This document shows positions 9,930 through 19,646 of a stretch of 64,000 bases of DNA, one piece after another. The position numbers were made by a program, and so were the translations under genes. Each line of letters opens with the position of its first letter. Positions within the stretch are counted from its first letter, which is position 1. The notes under the pieces are model-generated. The model saw only the letters and a list, made by a program, of their open reading frames with translations, made no database searches and was not told where the DNA came from. Source of the stretch: a virus; the IMG/VR virus record IMGVR_UViG_3300042484_002041, positions 1 through 64,000 of that record. The stretch is one strand, 5' to 3'.

Positions 9930-10078
9930 TGATTGTTGATGACTTGTTTGAAGATGACCCTGCCAGTTTAGAGTTTATCAAACTGGTACAAGAAAGTGTA
10001 CAACAGCAGGATGACATCCGTGTTATCCAAAACATGCTATATAAAATGCGCTCTGAGCGCGAACAGAACCAAGCCTAG
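9929..10078 (+). CDS. Small protein, 49 aa (MIVDDLFE...); not in the ORF track
   Basis: TAATG coupling to the upstream gene; CTS-like start. Confidence 0.55.
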   Translation: MIVDDLFEDDPASLEFIKLVQESVQQQDDIRVIQNMLYKMRSEREQNQA

Positions 10079-10160
10079 GACCGTTAAGGTGCGGTGGGCG
10101 GCCCCGGCCCACAAAGCAAAAGATTCGCTACCTTGCTTGCTTTTAAACTGGGGCACTTTT
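10076..10160 (+). ncRNA. Putative structured RNA with a pseudoknot
   Basis: GTGGGC/GCCCAC hairpin whose loop GCCCC can pair with GGGGC near 10150; AAAGCAA/TTGCTTT stem. Confidence 0.45.
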
Positions 10161-10229
10161 CCAAACTGTGTTCAATCCACTATGAATCTTGTGACAAGTG
10201 TGTTATACTAGCTTAACAAGGAGATTTAC

Positions 10230-10490
10230 ATGGACACTCGAGTATTTTCCGGCGAACAAAAAGCCAAACTAGTTCAAATCATCAACGAAGGCATGCAGAT
10301 CATGCATGATGTTGAAACCCTCAACGCAGGTCTTTCGGAAACAGTCAAGGCCATTGCCGAAGAGCTAGAAATCAAACCCAATGTACTAAAGAAAGCCATC
10401 CGCTTGGCACACAAAGCGGAATTCGGCAAAGAGAAACAGGATCACGACCTGCTGGAAACTATTCTGGAAACTGTAGGCCGCACTCTGTAA
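10230..10490 (+). CDS. T4 DsbA-like dsDNA-binding protein
   Basis: 86-aa helical protein (IAEELEIKPNVLKKAIRLAHK); AAGGAG SD; lies upstream of the DNA polymerase. Confidence 0.65.
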   Translation: MDTRVFSGEQKAKLVQIINEGMQIMHDVETLNAGLSETVKAIAEELEIKPNVLKKAIRLAHKAEFGKEKQDHDLLETILETVGRTL

Positions 10491-11210
10491 ATGCTGTATT
10501 CGGGTATCGGGTATTCTATCATTGGTCCAGGATTTGTTGGCAAGTTAATAGCAAGCCAACTGCATGTCAACCACATCTACACTCGAACCAATCTTGATAG
10601 CTTGCCAAATTTGAGCCATGATACTATCATACTAGCAGCGCCAACAGGAAACCGTATAGTAGTAAATCTGGATCCTCAACAGGATCGCAATGACTGTGCT
10701 GGTATTGTTGATGCTCTTAAGAGAACCCAGTTCAACAGGATTGTGTACATTAGTACAGTGGATGTCTTTCTAGAATCAAGATATGGTCAAAATCGCCTAT
10801 GGTTAGAGCAACAGATTCAGCAGTTTCCCAATCATATTATTCTTAGACTTCCGTCATTGTGCGATCCCTCTATAAAAAAGAATGTGCTGTTTGATCTTGC
10901 CAATCGACAATGGTTGGACAAAGTTTCTCTGGATTCGATGATACAATGGTACCCACCCAACAGGCTAGCACAAGATATAACATATGCAATTGACAACAAT
11001 ATCACTGAATTGAATCTAGTGTCTGCGCCAGTTTGTAATCGTGATATTGTATCAAAGTTTACCCCGGAACTACTTGAGAAACTAGAGAAGAATACTTCTA
11101 CAGCAGTCTACTATGATGTGAAATCTTCTAACGGGCAGTATTGGATTGATACACAACTGATCTGGGCAGAACTTGGCCATAGCTTTAAGAAAATTCAGCA
11201 ACATGCATAA
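10491..11210 (+). CDS. NAD-dependent epimerase/Rossmann-fold protein
   Basis: IIGPGFVG, YISTVDV, YG.NR, LRLPSL. Confidence 0.7.
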   Translation: MLYSGIGYSIIGPGFVGKLIASQLHVNHIYTRTNLDSLPNLSHDTIILAAPTGNRIVVNLDPQQDRNDCAGIVDALKRTQFNRIVYISTVDVFLESRYGQNRLWLEQQIQQFPNHIILRLPSLCDPSIKKNVLFDLANRQWLDKVSLDSMIQWYPPNRLAQDITYAIDNNITELNLVSAPVCNRDIVSKFTPELLEKLEKNTSTAVYYDVKSSNGQYWIDTQLIWAELGHSFKKIQQHA

Positions 11211-12231
11211 TCAAGCAGAGACTGCTGTGTTTCAAAAAAACCGTTGGCTATCTGAACGAGAAAAACTGTTTGATCGTGTAAAACAATTTTGCAATCGACA
11301 TAATTTTTATTTTTTAATAAATCTTAAAAATCTTCAAATAAAAAATTGTCCATCTACCAAGTTGGTATATTTTTGGCAAGGTGATCTGTTACCAGATCTA
11401 ACTTATTGGAAACAAGTCGACAATGATTGTAGGGTAACCGGAAAAACGATGACTATAATTTCTGATAATATTTTAAATTTTCCTAATTTAAATAATGTTT
11501 TCTTTTACAGTTATCCCGAACTCAATGGCGTTATGTCGGTGTTTGATATTCCATCGGGGACATCTACCAACTGGGGGAAACTGTATAACTGTTTCATACA
11601 AAGAGTCGACTCAACAAGACAGTCTTGGTTTTATTTTTTGCATCAACATAACTTGTTGGACAAAGGATATGTGAGTTTTTTACTCAAGCAGTTGTCTGTT
11701 TACAGCGACTTAACTGGACAAGAGTTGTTTTCTTATATTCACGAGAAATATCAGCTTGGCCAATTACCGCACTTTGCTCAAGCGTACCGGGAACTTTACG
11801 AAATAGTACCATATCGTAATTTTGAAGAGGTATTAGATCTTAACAAGTATATCATAGATAGTAAATATTCTTTGGTTCTAGAAACCTATGCAACTGATGA
11901 CGGCTTGAATCAATGGTATTTCAGCGAAAAAGCCTTAAGGTCTTTACAATTTCCAAATTATAGTTTATTATTTGTACAGCAAGGGGGAATTGCAGTATTA
12001 GAAAAATTAGGATTGCAATTTGCGACCTCATTGAGGCACTTAGATGAGCTACCTTGGCAAGAGAGACAACAGCATTTACTAACTCATCTGATCAATAATC
12101 ATGATGATGTTAAGCAACTTGATTTAGTAGACATAGCGATACACAATCAAAACATATTTAAATCATGGAAGTCAATGTACGATCATCAAAATTATTTTGA
12201 TAAAGTATTCGAGCATCTAGTATCACATTGA
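11203..12231 (+). CDS. Hypothetical glycosyltransferase-like protein
   Basis: YSLVLETY...FSEKALR, similar to 58469; AT-rich cargo. Confidence 0.45.
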   Translation: MHNQAETAVFQKNRWLSEREKLFDRVKQFCNRHNFYFLINLKNLQIKNCPSTKLVYFWQGDLLPDLTYWKQVDNDCRVTGKTMTIISDNILNFPNLNNVFFYSYPELNGVMSVFDIPSGTSTNWGKLYNCFIQRVDSTRQSWFYFLHQHNLLDKGYVSFLLKQLSVYSDLTGQELFSYIHEKYQLGQLPHFAQAYRELYEIVPYRNFEEVLDLNKYIIDSKYSLVLETYATDDGLNQWYFSEKALRSLQFPNYSLLFVQQGGIAVLEKLGLQFATSLRHLDELPWQERQQHLLTHLINNHDDVKQLDLVDIAIHNQNIFKSWKSMYDHQNYFDKVFEHLVSH

Positions 12232-12259
12232 ATCAAACTACAAAATAGAACGGAGATAG

Positions 12260-14920
12260 ATGAGTTATATTGATGCATTGTACGATCGTGATCGTGATCG
12301 TATTCATTTGGTGGGTCGGCGCAATGGTGTTCGTTACTACGAGGACTACCCGGCTAACTATGTATTTTACTACGACGACCCCAAGGGCAAGTTTCGCAAC
12401 ATCTATGACAAGCCAGTAAGTCGTTTCAGCTCTCGAAACAACAAAGAGTTCCGCAAAGAAATGCGGGTACACTCGGGTAAAAACATCTACGAAGGTGATA
12501 TCAACCCGGTGTTTCGTTGCTTAGAAGACAACTACAAGGGGCAAGACGGGCCGCCGTTACACACAGCATTTTTCGACATTGAGGTTGACTTTGATCCAGT
12601 CAAGGGTTATAGTCGACCCGATGATCCGTTTAATCCCATTACCGCGATCTCGGTTTACTTGGACTGGATGGATCAATTGATCACCCTGGTGGTCCCGCCC
12701 AAGCGCATGAGTGCCGAAACTGCGCAAGAGATTGCTGCTGAGTTTCCCAACACATTTGTGTTTTGGGAGGAAGCCGAACTGCTGAAAACGTTTATGTCTT
12801 TGATTGAAGATGCCGATGTGCTTAGTGGTTGGAACAGTGAGGGATATGATATTCCGTACACTGTCAATCGTGTGATCAAGTTGTTAAGCAAAGACGATAC
12901 ACGCAAGTTTTGCCTTTGGGAACAACTGCCTAAGCCAAGAATGTTCGAACGCTTTGGTGCCGAGAACATGACATATGACTTGGTTGGCCGTGTTCACTTG
13001 GACTACATGCAATTGTACCGCAAGTACACCTATGAAGAGCGACACAGCTACAGCTTGGATGCTATCTTAGAGTACGAGGGACTAGCAGGCAAGACCAAGT
13101 ATGAGGGCACACTAGATCAGCTGTACAACCAGAACTGGAAAACTTTCATCGAGTACAACCGGCAGGACGTGGTTGGTCTTGCCAACATCGATAAGAAACT
13201 TAGATTCCTGGATCTAGCCAACACCCTGGCACACGAAAACACTGTGTTGCTGCAAACTACAATGGGTGCAGTAGCAGTGACCGAGCAAGCAATTATCAAT
13301 GAAGCCCATGAACGTGGGCTAGTAGTTCCTAACCGTAAAGAGAGACTCAATGACAGTGATACACAAGCGGCAGGTGCCTATGTTGCTACGCCCAAAAAAG
13401 GAATCCACGAATACATCGGTTCCATTGACATCAACTCGCTCTATCCCTCGGCTATTCGCGCCCTCAACATGGGCCCAGAAACCATTGTCGGACAACTCAG
13501 AAGTACCGCAACCGACAACCTAATCCAGGAACGCATGGCCAAAGGCGATAGTTTTGCAGCATCCTGGGACGGACTGTTTGCCACACTAGAGTACACGGCT
13601 GTGATGGAACAGCAACGGGGCACTGAGATCACAATCGACTGGCAAGATGGCAACAGCACAGTACACTCGGCTGCCGAGGTATGGAAGGCTGTGTTTGACA
13701 GCAATCAACCCTGGATCCTAAGCGCCAATGGCACTATCTTTACATATGAGAAAGAGGGTGTGATCCCAGGCTTGCTCAAGCGTTGGTATGCAGAGCGTAA
13801 ACAAATGCAAGCCAAGCTAAGGGAATGTACAGACAAGACGCAAGAAGAATACTGGGACAAGCGGCAGTTGGTCAAGAAGATTAACTTGAACAGTTTGTAT
13901 GGTGCTATTTTAAATCCTGGCTGTAGATTCTTTGACAAGCGTATTGGGCAAAGTACCACGCTGACTGGACGTAGCATTGCCAAGCACATGGATGCCCATG
14001 TGAATGAATGTGTGACTGGCAAGTACGATCACGCCGGCGCGGCCATCATCTATGGTGATACAGACAGTTGTTACTTCTCTGCCTGGCCCATGCTCAAGGA
14101 TGATGTAGAAGCAGGGCGTATGGAATGGGACAAGGACATCTGCGTAGCACTGTATGACAGCATCGCCGAACAGGTCAACCAAAGCTTTCCGGGATTCATG
14201 GAGCAAGCATTCCATTGTCCCAGAGAGATGGGCAATGTTATCAAGGGCGGTCGAGAGCTTGTTGCCAGCAAAGGCTTGTTCATTACCAAGAAGCGATATG
14301 CTGTACTTTACTATGACAAAGACGGCAAGCGTCTTGATGTCAATGGCTATCCAGGCAAGGTCAAGGCCATGGGCTTGGATCTTAAAAGGTCAGATACTCC
14401 CAAGGTAGTTCAGGAATTCCTGAGCGAGATCCTGGAGAATGTGCTAACTGGGCATGGTCGTGCAGATGTAATTGAGAAGATTCGAGCATTCAAGTACTTG
14501 TTCATGGAGAGGCCTGCATGGGAAAAGGGTACGCCCAAGCGTGTAAACAACTTGACCAAGTACGGCGATGCTGAACTCAAGGCAGGCAAAACTAACATGC
14601 CCGGGCATGTACGTGCTGCACTCAACTGGAATACTATGCGGCGCATGAACAGTGATAATTACAGCATGCAAATTATCGACGGCATGAAAACAATTGTTTG
14701 CAAGCTAAAGTCTAACGCTTTAGGTTGGACCTCAATTGGCTACCCCACAGACGAAATGCACTTGCCACAGTGGTTCAAGGACTTGCCTTTTGATGACGGC
14801 TTGATGGAAACTACAATTATCGACAGTAAGGTATCCAACTTGCTGGGTGTACTGAACTGGGACATTAGTCAGGCCACTAATACAGAAAATACATTTCAAT
14901 CGTTATTTGAATTCACATGA
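12260..14920 (+). CDS. Family B DNA polymerase (T4 gp43-like)
   Basis: Exo FDIEV, DINSLYPS, K..LNSLYG, YGDTDS, KKRY. Confidence 0.97.
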   Translation: MSYIDALYDRDRDRIHLVGRRNGVRYYEDYPANYVFYYDDPKGKFRNIYDKPVSRFSSRNNKEFRKEMRVHSGKNIYEGDINPVFRCLEDNYKGQDGPPLHTAFFDIEVDFDPVKGYSRPDDPFNPITAISVYLDWMDQLITLVVPPKRMSAETAQEIAAEFPNTFVFWEEAELLKTFMSLIEDADVLSGWNSEGYDIPYTVNRVIKLLSKDDTRKFCLWEQLPKPRMFERFGAENMTYDLVGRVHLDYMQLYRKYTYEERHSYSLDAILEYEGLAGKTKYEGTLDQLYNQNWKTFIEYNRQDVVGLANIDKKLRFLDLANTLAHENTVLLQTTMGAVAVTEQAIINEAHERGLVVPNRKERLNDSDTQAAGAYVATPKKGIHEYIGSIDINSLYPSAIRALNMGPETIVGQLRSTATDNLIQERMAKGDSFAASWDGLFATLEYTAVMEQQRGTEITIDWQDGNSTVHSAAEVWKAVFDSNQPWILSANGTIFTYEKEGVIPGLLKRWYAERKQMQAKLRECTDKTQEEYWDKRQLVKKINLNSLYGAILNPGCRFFDKRIGQSTTLTGRSIAKHMDAHVNECVTGKYDHAGAAIIYGDTDSCYFSAWPMLKDDVEAGRMEWDKDICVALYDSIAEQVNQSFPGFMEQAFHCPREMGNVIKGGRELVASKGLFITKKRYAVLYYDKDGKRLDVNGYPGKVKAMGLDLKRSDTPKVVQEFLSEILENVLTGHGRADVIEKIRAFKYLFMERPAWEKGTPKRVNNLTKYGDAELKAGKTNMPGHVRAALNWNTMRRMNSDNYSMQIIDGMKTIVCKLKSNALGWTSIGYPTDEMHLPQWFKDLPFDDGLMETTIIDSKVSNLLGVLNWDISQATNTENTFQSLFEFT

Positions 14921-15897
14921 AACTTAGCTCTATAATTGACTATAGAAATTTGTTAGCACGCCTGGATCCTGCCGATACAGATCTTTTGATTAGCAGTCAT
15001 CTTGGCCCAATACTGTACAGTATTGGGGCCAGTGCAGTGCAGTTTCCAGATTTGTTAGAACAGCTTAACCGTGACCGTGACCAGATACACGGTGCGTTTA
15101 TGAAATTTCGATCTACTGTGCGTGAAATAAGAGAACAACTGCAAGATTTGATTGATCAGTTAGAGCCAACCTATTTCACAAACAGCTTTGAACTTTATAA
15201 ATCAAGCCAACATGGCGATAAGCCCGAATATTTACTTTCAAGGCAACACGAATTATCTCAGGATGCAGTCGACTACATCCGTAGTCGACTTAGATTGCTG
15301 TCTGACTGGCATCACCCGGCTATGGTCATCAGGCCCGGCCGAGAAGACTGGATTGAAGACTTAGTTGGATCAGATCCGTTGTATCTAGTTGACTACTGCG
15401 AAGAAATGATTCAACCGACTCTTAATCGTTTCCGAGAGGAATACCGCCGACGAATACAAGTTTACATTGAGCCAAGAGATGAAGATTCTACTGCACTAGC
15501 AGAGTTACCGCAATCACAATTTGGATTAGTGGTTGCGTTGCACTACTTCAATTTCATGCCCATGGAACGTATTGGCCAGTATTTAACTGAAATATTCAAC
15601 AAGCTCAAGCCCGGCGGCAGTCTACTAATGACCTTCAATGATTGTGATATTGCCGGCGGCGTTGATCTAGCTGAACGAAGTTTTATGTGTTATACTCCCG
15701 GACACATGGTTAAGACACTAGCAAAAACTCTTGGGTTTGAAATAACTCAATGGTATTATCTAGAAAAATCCAATGCGTTGATAGAATTGCGCAAGCCGGG
15801 ACGGCTTACATCACTCCGTGGCGGCCAAAGCCTGGGGAAAATTATACCAGTGACTAGCAAAGACCATCATGCCAGGCGGATACGAGTTAGATCATAG
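14917..15897 (+). CDS. SAM-dependent methyltransferase-like protein
   Basis: IFNKLKPGGSLLMTF motif. Confidence 0.6.
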   Translation: MKLSSIIDYRNLLARLDPADTDLLISSHLGPILYSIGASAVQFPDLLEQLNRDRDQIHGAFMKFRSTVREIREQLQDLIDQLEPTYFTNSFELYKSSQHGDKPEYLLSRQHELSQDAVDYIRSRLRLLSDWHHPAMVIRPGREDWIEDLVGSDPLYLVDYCEEMIQPTLNRFREEYRRRIQVYIEPRDEDSTALAELPQSQFGLVVALHYFNFMPMERIGQYLTEIFNKLKPGGSLLMTFNDCDIAGGVDLAERSFMCYTPGHMVKTLAKTLGFEITQWYYLEKSNALIELRKPGRLTSLRGGQSLGKIIPVTSKDHHARRIRVRS

Positions 15898-15975
15898 AGT
15901 CTATAGAATTATACCGAACCCTGTTGCAAATTCTAAATAACTGTAATACAATTAACCCATAACGGAGAACTTATA

Positions 15976-16707
15976 ATGAGAGATTATCTACTTGACTTAG
16001 TCGAGCACACCTTTGATCTTGGCTGCATTGACTTGATCAAAACCACCGGAACCGACCAAGACACTATTATTGATGGCTTGTCAGAGGATCGCAGTGTGGT
16101 TGTACAAGGGAAGTTTTTGACCCCTGTGGCTGAATTCATTGGCACATTTGGTATGCCGAATCTCAACAAGCTCAAGATTTTGTTGAACTTGCAAGAGTAC
16201 CGCGAAGGTGCCGACATTACTGTGTTGCGGCAGGATCGTAACGGAGAAGCCATGCCAGTAGGGCTGCACTTTCAAAATGCTGCTAACGACTTTACAAATG
16301 ACTACCGGTTTATGACATCGGAGATCATTGCAGAAAAGCTCAAGACCATGAAGTTCAAGGTTCCGGCCTGGCACATTGAATTTGAGCCCAGCGTTGCTTC
16401 TTTGTTAAGACTCAAAATGCAAGCTCAGGCCAATGCAGAAGAAGACACTTTCCAAATTCGCACTGACAAAGGTGATTTGAAGTTCATGTTCGGAGACCAC
16501 AGTACACATGCTGGTGAATTTGTTTTCCAGGCCGGAGTATCAGGCGTGCTCAAGCGTTCATGGTCATATCCCAAGGCACAGGTGATTAGTATTCTAAACC
16601 TTACTGGGGACAAAATTATCCGTATCAGTGATGACGGTGCTGCACAGATCACTGTGAACTCGGGCATTGCCGAATACAATTACATCCTACCCGCAATGGG
16701 CAAGTAA
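15976..16707 (+). CDS. Probable DNA polymerase sliding clamp (gp45-like)
   Basis: 243 aa, beta-rich, ends YNYILPA, next to polB; position and size inference. Confidence 0.5.
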   Translation: MRDYLLDLVEHTFDLGCIDLIKTTGTDQDTIIDGLSEDRSVVVQGKFLTPVAEFIGTFGMPNLNKLKILLNLQEYREGADITVLRQDRNGEAMPVGLHFQNAANDFTNDYRFMTSEIIAEKLKTMKFKVPAWHIEFEPSVASLLRLKMQAQANAEEDTFQIRTDKGDLKFMFGDHSTHAGEFVFQAGVSGVLKRSWSYPKAQVISILNLTGDKIIRISDDGAAQITVNSGIAEYNYILPAMGK

Positions 16708-16713
16708 CTGCCA

Positions 16714-18231
16714 ATGATTGAACAAGACGACCTAACTGCCAAGCAGAATGACTATGCTATTTTTCTGCCAGCTATTTCCAGTTTTTATGGCAGCTATATT
16801 GGCAAACAACGTGCCGGCACGTATGTAGAGCAGAGTCGCATGCCCGCGGGAATTCCCGAGATGGAACAACTGAACTGGTTGAATCCACAAAAGGGGCTGT
16901 TTCCGTACCGCTGGAGTCTTTACAGCGCAGGGCACGCCAATCTTGACATGACCAAGCCCAGTGCCAAGGAAGACATGGTACGGGATCGAGACCCCAATAG
17001 CTTCATGCTGTTGGACTCGGGCGGGTTCCAGATTGCCAAAGGAGTGTGGCCTGGACAATGGGCTGATCCCGCGGACTTGAATGCAGAGAAGAAACGCAGA
17101 CAAGTGCTAGAGTGGCAATGTCAAATCGCCGACTACGCAATGACCATGGATATCCCCACCTGGACCTACTTGGACAAGGAAGCATCTGTGCTGTGCGGGA
17201 TTCACAGTTATGATGATGCAGTCAACGCTTCTAAGTACAATAACGAGTACTGGATGGCAAATCGTTATGGCAAAACCAAGATTCTAAACGTGTTGCAGGG
17301 TAGCAATCACAGCGAAGCTGATCATTGGTATGACATGATGAAGGGCTATTCTGATCCAGGCCTGCACCAAAATGCCTTTAATGGTTGGGCCATGGGAGGG
17401 CAAAACATGTGTGATGCGCACCTGGTGCTTAAACGCTTAGTGCACTTGATACATGATGGATTGTTAGAAAAAGGACAACATGACTGGATGCATTTCTTGG
17501 GAACATCGAAACTGGAATGGGCAGTATTACTCACAGCCATTCAGCGTTCGATTCGGTACTATCACAATCCCGACTTCACAATTAGTTTCGACTGTGCGTC
17601 ACCCTTCTTGGCCACAGCCAACGGGCAATTATACCATAACATCACCACAGAGAACAGGGGCAAATGGTCTTACAACATGAGTCCCACGGTGGACGATAAA
17701 AAATACTCTACTGATTCCCGTATGTTTGGTGATACAGTTCGGCAGGATGGAATCCATCCTAGATTCGAAGACAGTCCCATTACCAGTAGGTTAAAAATTA
17801 GTGATGTTTGCTGTTACCAGCCCGGCGACCTAAATAAGATTGGTAAGGAAGGCCGCACATCTTGGGATAGTTTCAGCTACGCCTTGCTCATGGGACATAA
17901 TGTTTGGATGCATTTAGAATCAGTACAACGGGCAAATCGAATGTGTGATTCGGGTGTTTACCCAGATATGATGGTACATCCAATTTCTGAAGCATTCAAT
18001 GTTACTAACCTAATTGATAGAATATTTTCTGCCCGTGATCGCCAAAAGAGCTTGGAAATTATTGACGGACATGCTAAAGTATGGGAACGGGTGGTAGGAA
18101 CTCGTGGGTACACAGGAAAACGAGCAGTCAACGCTCATACTCAGTATAACAATTTATTCAGCGTAGTCGAGGAAGAAGCTACAGATGAACTAGATCAATC
18201 TCGACTTGATCAACTTGAGGATAGTGTATAA
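16714..18231 (+). CDS. dpdA: TGT-fold guanine transglycosylase, probably DNA-acting (DpdA-like)
   Basis: LDSGGFQ, MDIP, VLQG, GWAMGG, HFLG, SFDCAS; next to replication genes and folE/queD/queE. Confidence 0.8.
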   Translation: MIEQDDLTAKQNDYAIFLPAISSFYGSYIGKQRAGTYVEQSRMPAGIPEMEQLNWLNPQKGLFPYRWSLYSAGHANLDMTKPSAKEDMVRDRDPNSFMLLDSGGFQIAKGVWPGQWADPADLNAEKKRRQVLEWQCQIADYAMTMDIPTWTYLDKEASVLCGIHSYDDAVNASKYNNEYWMANRYGKTKILNVLQGSNHSEADHWYDMMKGYSDPGLHQNAFNGWAMGGQNMCDAHLVLKRLVHLIHDGLLEKGQHDWMHFLGTSKLEWAVLLTAIQRSIRYYHNPDFTISFDCASPFLATANGQLYHNITTENRGKWSYNMSPTVDDKKYSTDSRMFGDTVRQDGIHPRFEDSPITSRLKISDVCCYQPGDLNKIGKEGRTSWDSFSYALLMGHNVWMHLESVQRANRMCDSGVYPDMMVHPISEAFNVTNLIDRIFSARDRQKSLEIIDGHAKVWERVVGTRGYTGKRAVNAHTQYNNLFSVVEEEATDELDQSRLDQLEDSV

Positions 18232-18443
18232 TGTATGAAACTAGAATTCGACACTTAGAAAACGTGCATGCCGATCTAGATAATCGGGTCGACACCATGG
18301 AGAAAAACAACGTGTTTGAAGACCATCAGATATCAGAACTTAAGAAACGGCGACTTGCTGTGCTAGACGAACTACGATTTCTGCGGCGTCAACAACACGA
18401 ACATAACCAGCGAGTAGATCTTGACTCGGAGGACCGGCAATGA
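18231..18443 (+). CDS. Small coiled-coil protein (DUF465-like)
   Basis: H..LD..V...E...ISELKKRRL.VLDEL. Confidence 0.6.
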   Translation: MYETRIRHLENVHADLDNRVDTMEKNNVFEDHQISELKKRRLAVLDELRFLRRQQHEHNQRVDLDSEDRQ

Positions 18444-18955
18444 ATCGAGAAGGACACGAGGACATCAAGTTCTTTACTGGCATTGAAGTTGAAAATACTC
18501 CACAACGAGGCAAGAATACCTTGTTTGTTGTGGGAGTACAACCTGTGGATGACATTGCTGCTCAACTCAGCGCCGGCAATGCTATTCAACATATCTATTT
18601 TGGAGCCAATCAAAGCTTTCCTAAGCTAGCAATCAATGATGCGGAAAACTGGGAACAATGGGAAGAGATGATTAGTTTCTTCTTGGAGCTTGAGTACACC
18701 TGTACACTTGATATTGATGTAAACTGTGTAGAAGGATTGCTTGAAAGCGGCCTAACCGAAAATCATAAATTTATCCCCATGATATCTGTTAAAATCCCCT
18801 ACATCCAGCAACTGGGATACAATGCAACCGTAAAGATTGATGATTATGACTTCGATGCCACCAACCCCGGGGTATGGTGTCACAGTGTACATGATCTCAT
18901 GGCACGGGATTGTTTCACAGACTGGGATGAATATACAAAGGACAAAACACTATGA
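18440..18955 (+). CDS. Conserved hypothetical protein in the deazaguanine cluster
   Basis: Coupled between dpdA and the QueD-like gene; HIYFGANQSF. Confidence 0.7.
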   Translation: MNREGHEDIKFFTGIEVENTPQRGKNTLFVVGVQPVDDIAAQLSAGNAIQHIYFGANQSFPKLAINDAENWEQWEEMISFFLELEYTCTLDIDVNCVEGLLESGLTENHKFIPMISVKIPYIQQLGYNATVKIDDYDFDATNPGVWCHSVHDLMARDCFTDWDEYTKDKTL

Positions 18956-19395
18956 GCCAAGACCAAAGAGACTCCACTGAACGTATTCGTAAAGCTGCAT
19001 CCAGGATGATCTGGGTTACCTTTCAAAAAGAAGGTATCCACAAGTATCCGGCAGCATTGACTGACCCGGCGCTGGCCACCGGGAATGAATATGATGTAAG
19101 TTTTCTGGGCCACCCGCATCGTCATATCTTTCACTTCCGCGTTTGGATTGATGTGTTCCATGATGACCGGGATATTGAGTTTATTCAGTTCAAAAGATGG
19201 TTGGAAAATCTCTACAAAGATGCTATACTAGCGTTGGACTATAAAAGTTGCGAGATGATTGCAGATGACCTATATACTCATATCAGTTTCCGACATCCTA
19301 AACGTGCAGTATGGATTGAGGTATCCGAAGACGGTGAGAACGGATGCCTTATACGTTACGAAACTCACCAACCTCCTAACCGCTTGAAAATTTAA
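18952..19395 (+). CDS. QueD-paralog T-fold protein (DpdL-like CDG decarboxylase candidate)
   Basis: LGHPHRHIF matches LxxxHRHxF; SCEMIA; VSEDGENG. Confidence 0.7.
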   Translation: MSQDQRDSTERIRKAASRMIWVTFQKEGIHKYPAALTDPALATGNEYDVSFLGHPHRHIFHFRVWIDVFHDDRDIEFIQFKRWLENLYKDAILALDYKSCEMIADDLYTHISFRHPKRAVWIEVSEDGENGCLIRYETHQPPNRLKI

Positions 19396-19403
19396 TTAAA
19401 ATT

Positions 19404-19646
19404 ATGGCTAAAACTGTTTTTGAACCCAACCCCCGCGTCCACCAAATCTTTGATGATTTGGATCAGTACTTGGAATTCTGCCAAGACTTTGGATACATGT
19501 ACGACGAATCCGATCTTTACAATTGGAAGAGCTACGCTTATCAACAATTCACCAAGAACCAGCAGAACAAAGCTGCCAAGGACATGTGGGTGATTGACGG
19601 CCGCAAGCCCGAAGATCGTGTGTTTAGGAAGTACGCCAGTGCGTAA
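19404..19646 (+). CDS. Hypothetical protein
   Basis: 80-aa ORF within the operon. Confidence 0.65.
   Translation: MAKTVFEPNPRVHQIFDDLDQYLEFCQDFGYMYDESDLYNWKSYAYQQFTKNQQNKAAKDMWVIDGRKPEDRVFRKYASA

Noticed and set aside
10076-10087. Stop-codon read-through stimulated by the downstream pseudoknot
   Set aside because: TAG is followed in frame by GAC CGT TAA, so read-through would add only about 3 residues.
12260-14920. Intein or intron in the DNA polymerase
   Set aside because: The ORF is continuous, 886 aa, with normal motif spacing and no intein signature.
16714-18231. Canonical tRNA-queuine transglycosylase for the phage tRNAs
   Set aside because: Not fully excluded, but the divergent sequence, the lack of the usual CxCxxC zinc site, the replication context and the absence of queC/F/A favour a DNA-acting DpdA.
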